Shown: piece after piece, positions 60,013 to 64,000 of the stretch
Layout of the letters: each line of letters opens with the position of its first letter
Numbering within the stretch: the first letter of the stretch is position 1
Assembly: GCA_031370005.1 (NCBI GenBank)
Contig: JANMPT010000110.1
Span: forward strand, 64,001-128,000
Origin: Bdellovibrionales bacterium
Lineage (GTDB): Bacteria; Bdellovibrionota; Bdellovibrionia; Bdellovibrionales; Bdellovibrionaceae
Reading direction: 5' to 3'
DNA: 64,000 nucleotides
The notes under the pieces: model-generated
What the model saw: only the letters and a program-made list of their open reading frames with translations
Told to the model about the DNA's origin: nothing
Databases searched by the model: none
Position numbers and translations under genes: made by a program

Positions 60013-62106
60013 ATGAAAACGACTGTTACTACTTCGGTGGGCGGAAAACAGATTACCATCGAAACAGGCCGTTTGGCGAAACAAGCTGATGGATCCACAC
60101 TTGTTACCTGTGGTAACAACATTGTTTTGGTCACGGCGGTTTCTAGTAAAAAAACTTCCACTCTCGATTTTTTTCCTCTGACGGTTGAGTACATCGAAAA
60201 ATTCTATGCCACTGGTAAAATTCCCGGCGGCTATTTTAAGCGCGAAGGAAAGCCAACTAATGATGCCGTTTTGACAGCTCGTCTAATCGATCGTCCAATC
60301 CGTCCGTTGTTTCCAGAAGGGTATAGACATGAAACTCAAGTGGTTGCGATGGTACTTTCTGCCGATGGTGCTTTCCCAATAGAAATATTAGCGAGCATTG
60401 GTTCCTCTGCGGCCTTGCACGTATCGGACATCCCATTTGCGGGTCCAACTGCGGCGGTTCAAGTGGGTCGGGTAGATGGTGAGTTCATTGCCAATCCAAC
60501 TCCACAACAAATGGAGAAGTCAGACATGAACATTATTGTTGCGGGCACTCGCAATGGTTTGTTGATGGTAGAGGGTGAAACGAAGTTTATTACCGAGGCA
60601 GATGCTTTGGCTGCTTTAAAATTCGGCCACCAGGCGATGTTGCCACTTTTAAATGCCCAAGATGAGTTGCGCGAAAAGACAGGATCCAAAGCGAAGCGTG
60701 CATTTATTCCTCCGCAAATAGATCCTGAATTCCGTATGAAAGCAGAAGAGTTGTTGAAAGATCAAATCGCTAAATCTTTGATGATCAAAGAAAAGCAAGA
60801 ACGTTATGCGGCTGGTGATGTCGCTCATGCTCAGGCCAAAGTAGCCTTGCTTGCAACAATCACAGACAAAGATCTTTTGAGCACTCGCTCCAAGGAGCTA
60901 TCGTCTATTGTGGAAGATCTTAAGTACAAAGCCGCTCGAAGCATGATTTTAGATAAAGCAGTTCGAATTGACGGTCGCGATGTGAGAACAGTGCGCCCTA
61001 TTGCCTGTGAGGTGGCGCTTTTGCCACGAGCCCATGGGTCTGCACTCTTCACTCGGGGTGAGACTCAGGCGCTTGGGACTGTAACTTTGGGCACTGGTGA
61101 TGATGAGCAAATGGTAGATGCACTGCTTGGCACACAAACTCGCCAATTTATGCTGCATTATAATTTTCCACCATTTTCCGTTGGGGAGGTTGGTCGTTTC
61201 GGTGGACAAGGTCGCCGGGAAATCGGTCATGGAAACTTGGCAGAACGCGCTTTAAAAGCAATTCTTCCTGATCACGCAAAATTCCCATATACAATTCGAA
61301 TTGTATCTGAAGTTTTGGAATCAAATGGCTCTAGCTCTATGGCAACAGTGTGTGCTGGTAACTTGGCACTTCTTGATGCCGGAGTGAATATCAAAGGCAA
61401 TGTTGCTGGCATTGCAATGGGTTTGATTAAAGAGGGTGATCGCATTGCGGTCTTGACTGACATTTTAGGCGATGAAGATCACTTGGGAGACATGGACTTC
61501 AAGGTTGCTGGCACTGCAACGGGGATCACTGCGCTTCAAATGGATATTAAAATTGACTCAGTTTCTTTTGCGGTGATGGAACAAGCATTATCACAAGCCA
61601 AAGACGGCCGTGTTCATATTTTGGGTGAAATGGAAAAAGTGATAAAATTGGCTCGTGGTCAAATTTCTGAATTTGCCCCACGTATTGAGACAATCAAAAT
61701 TAAGCCAGATAAAATCCGCGAAGTTATCGGTGCTGGTGGCAAAGTTATTCGCAGTATCACAGAGGCAACGGGAGTGAAAATTGAAATTCAAGATGACGGG
61801 ACTATCAATATAGCTTCAGCCGATCCTGAAGCAACGAAAAGAGCAATCATCATGATCAACGAGATCATTGCTGAGGCCGAAGTTGGTAAGGCTTATAAGG
61901 GGCGTGTTGTAAAGATTGCAGAGTTCGGAGCTTTCGTCGAGATTCTTCCGAATACTCAAGGCTTACTACATATTTCTGAGATTGCTAACGAGAGAATTCG
62001 CAGTGTCACTGATGTGCTGAAAGAAGGCGACATGATCGATGTCAAAGTTCTTGAGGTGGATCGTGCAGGACGCATTAAACTTTCTCGTAAAGCCTTACTC
62101 AATTAA
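60013..62106 (+). CDS. pnp: Polyribonucleotide nucleotidyltransferase
   Basis: ETGRLAKQADG, FFPLTV, LESNGSSSMA, KH and S1 domains. Confidence 0.98.
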   Translation: MKTTVTTSVGGKQITIETGRLAKQADGSTLVTCGNNIVLVTAVSSKKTSTLDFFPLTVEYIEKFYATGKIPGGYFKREGKPTNDAVLTARLIDRPIRPLFPEGYRHETQVVAMVLSADGAFPIEILASIGSSAALHVSDIPFAGPTAAVQVGRVDGEFIANPTPQQMEKSDMNIIVAGTRNGLLMVEGETKFITEADALAALKFGHQAMLPLLNAQDELREKTGSKAKRAFIPPQIDPEFRMKAEELLKDQIAKSLMIKEKQERYAAGDVAHAQAKVALLATITDKDLLSTRSKELSSIVEDLKYKAARSMILDKAVRIDGRDVRTVRPIACEVALLPRAHGSALFTRGETQALGTVTLGTGDDEQMVDALLGTQTRQFMLHYNFPPFSVGEVGRFGGQGRREIGHGNLAERALKAILPDHAKFPYTIRIVSEVLESNGSSSMATVCAGNLALLDAGVNIKGNVAGIAMGLIKEGDRIAVLTDILGDEDHLGDMDFKVAGTATGITALQMDIKIDSVSFAVMEQALSQAKDGRVHILGEMEKVIKLARGQISEFAPRIETIKIKPDKIREVIGAGGKVIRSITEATGVKIEIQDDGTINIASADPEATKRAIIMINEIIAEAEVGKAYKGRVVKIAEFGAFVEILPNTQGLLHISEIANERIRSVTDVLKEGDMIDVKVLEVDRAGRIKLSRKALLN

Positions 62107-63371
62107 TGATTCCTTTTCACAAGTCTGAATTAGACAATGGTATTCGGGTGCTGAGTGAACAGCATCCGGATTCTCGAGCGGTGTCTATAGGAATTTGGGT
62201 CCTTACGGGCACCCGTGATGAAGCTGCTAGTGAAGGTGGTATTTCGCATCTTCTAGAACATCTTGTGTTTAAGGGTACAAAAACTCGCTCTGCCTATCAA
62301 ATTGCAAAATCTCTTGAAGCGCTTGGGGGTGATCTCAACGCTTATACGACTCGCGAATATACCTGCTATCATGCTTTGGTATTAAAAGATCATTGGGAAA
62401 AGGCACTGGATGTATTGTGTGATTTAATCAGTAACATGCAGATTTCCAGTAACGACTTTCGTTTAGAAAAGGGTGTGATTTTGCAAGAGATTGCAATGAC
62501 TGATGATACTCCAGAAGAGTTGATCTATGATGTTCTCTTTGAAAAGACCTATGCTGGAAATCCTGTTTCTACACCTATTTTGGGAACTATAAAATCAGTT
62601 GCGAGCATCTCGCAAAATAAAACAATGAATTACTATAAGTCTCGTTATACCGGTAAAAATATTATTATAACTGCAGCGGGAAACTTAGACCATCAAGAGT
62701 TTCTGGATGCTGTTGGAAAAAGACTAGCGAGGAAAAGAAAGGCTAAATTTTCTGCAAATCGTGAGCGTCCTCGGTGGAAGTCAGCACGTACTGTATGTGA
62801 GAAGTCTTCCGAACAAACGCATATGCTGATGGGACTTCCAACAGCGAGTTTTCAAGACTCACAAAGATTTGAAGCCTATATTGTGAATACTCTATTGGGC
62901 GGCGGCATGACTTCGAAGCTCTATCAAAGTGTGCGGGAGAAGAAGGGCTTGGTTTATTCTATCCATAGTATGTTGAATACATTTGTGGATTCTGGCTCTC
63001 TGTTGATTTATGCAGGAACAGACGTCAAGAGCGTCCGTAAAGTTTCTGAGATCGTATCTAAAGAGTTACGGAAGTTAAAAAAAACGGGAATTACTGTTTC
63101 TGATTTAGAACTTTTCAAGACTCAAGTTATCGGTAGCATTTTGCTTGGATCTGATGATATTGAAAATCGCATGACTTCTATTGCGGTCAATGAAATGGTT
63201 TTCGGTGATTACCGATCCGTCGATTCGGTGATTCAGCAAATCCAAAAGGTGACTCAGACTTCTGTAAACGAGTTTATTCGCGAGAAGTTTGACACCAGCA
63301 AAATTGCAGGGGTTCTTATGGGATCCGGTGTTGATGGTCTAAGTAAGTGGTGGAAGGATTTTGAGTTCTAG
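62106..63371 (+). CDS. M16-family zinc peptidase
   Basis: HLLEH (HXXEH), LNAYTTRE, VREKKGLVY. Confidence 0.95.
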   Translation: MIPFHKSELDNGIRVLSEQHPDSRAVSIGIWVLTGTRDEAASEGGISHLLEHLVFKGTKTRSAYQIAKSLEALGGDLNAYTTREYTCYHALVLKDHWEKALDVLCDLISNMQISSNDFRLEKGVILQEIAMTDDTPEELIYDVLFEKTYAGNPVSTPILGTIKSVASISQNKTMNYYKSRYTGKNIIITAAGNLDHQEFLDAVGKRLARKRKAKFSANRERPRWKSARTVCEKSSEQTHMLMGLPTASFQDSQRFEAYIVNTLLGGGMTSKLYQSVREKKGLVYSIHSMLNTFVDSGSLLIYAGTDVKSVRKVSEIVSKELRKLKKTGITVSDLELFKTQVIGSILLGSDDIENRMTSIAVNEMVFGDYRSVDSVIQQIQKVTQTSVNEFIREKFDTSKIAGVLMGSGVDGLSKWWKDFEF

Positions 63372-63395
63372 TTGCTGATTCATTGAGGGAGAAAA

Positions 63396-63845
63396 ATGAA
63401 AACACTAATTGTGAAAATTAAAAAGCTAGAAAACTTTAAAGGTGAAATTCCTCAGTACCAGTCGACGGGGGCAAGCGGCGTTGATGTTCGTGCTCAGTTA
63501 AGTGCTCCAATGACTTTAAAACCTGGTGAGCGTGCGATGATTCCTACAGGCTTGAGCTTTGAGATTCCTCTTGGCTTTGAGATTCAAGCTCGACCACGTA
63601 GCGGTATTGCTGCAAAGCAAGGAATTACGCTTCTAAATACTCCAGGTACAATTGATGCGGACTATCGTGGAGAGGTAAAAATTATTATAATCAATTTAGG
63701 CCAAGAAAGCGTTCTCATACAAGATCAAGAGCGCGTGGCGCAGCTGGTGATTGCACCTGTGATTCAAGCTCAATTTGAAGTCGTGGACGAACTGTCCCCC
63801 ACGGAGCGTGGTATCGGTGGTTTCGGCTCCACGGGGCGTGCATAG
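63396..63845 (+). CDS. dut: dUTPase
   Basis: RPRSG, GTIDADYRGE, RGIGGFGSTG. Confidence 0.98.
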   Translation: MKTLIVKIKKLENFKGEIPQYQSTGASGVDVRAQLSAPMTLKPGERAMIPTGLSFEIPLGFEIQARPRSGIAAKQGITLLNTPGTIDADYRGEVKIIIINLGQESVLIQDQERVAQLVIAPVIQAQFEVVDELSPTERGIGGFGSTGRA

Positions 63846-63851
63846 TCTTAT

Positions 63852-64000
63852 CTACGGCTGCTCAGTAGATGTCGTCTGGTGACTGCCAACTCGATCAAGG
63901 CGATAGTTGGCTACTTTGTTTCCGATCCAAACTAAGAGGACAATGGCAAAGAGCACTGAAGCAAGACGAATGGCTCGACGCTTTTCCATTTGAAAGTTTT
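63852..64000 (-). CDS. C-terminal end of a membrane protein entering from beyond the window
   Basis: ...RRAIRLASVLFAIVLLVWIGNKV...EQP*. Confidence 0.5.
   Translation of the reverse strand, partial: NFQMEKRRAIRLASVLFAIVLLVWIGNKVANYRLDRVGSHQTTSTEQP

Overview
Bacterial chromosome segment; the gene content and protein style (secreted proteins, lipoproteins, FliA-type promoters) suggest a Bdellovibrionota-like predator, which is an inference. Layout: 1-5.4 kb holds secreted or envelope proteins. About 5.4-25.85 kb is a decayed accessory/defence island downstream of tRNA-fMet, with many toxin-antitoxin modules, two Fic genes, an intact IS4 (19-bp TIR, 9-bp TSD), a JetD fragment, hsdM plus truncated hsdS, a degenerate tRNA-Arg, and an intact Lamassu/ABC-three-component operon. 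26-46 kb and 50.5-64 kb are core genes (prfC, ffh-rpsP-khpA-rimM-trmD-rplS-rnhB, lptD, rimP-nusA-infB-rbfA-truB-rpsO-pnp, dut). Best candidate for a new system: the Lamassu LmuA-like protein has no effector domain. It instead starts with a short motif (QKVSGNNNITAGGDI) that is matched by the C-terminus (QKVKGDGNTTVGGDY) of a 58-aa transmembrane micro-protein encoded by an overlapping upstream gene that is absent from the ORF track. This is the gene architecture of amyloid signalling, here attached to an SMC-like sensor. Second highlight: a tRNA-Leu(CAA) gene with a 259-nt group I intron sits next to a TA mini-island that ends in an intron-less, divergent tRNA-Leu fragment.
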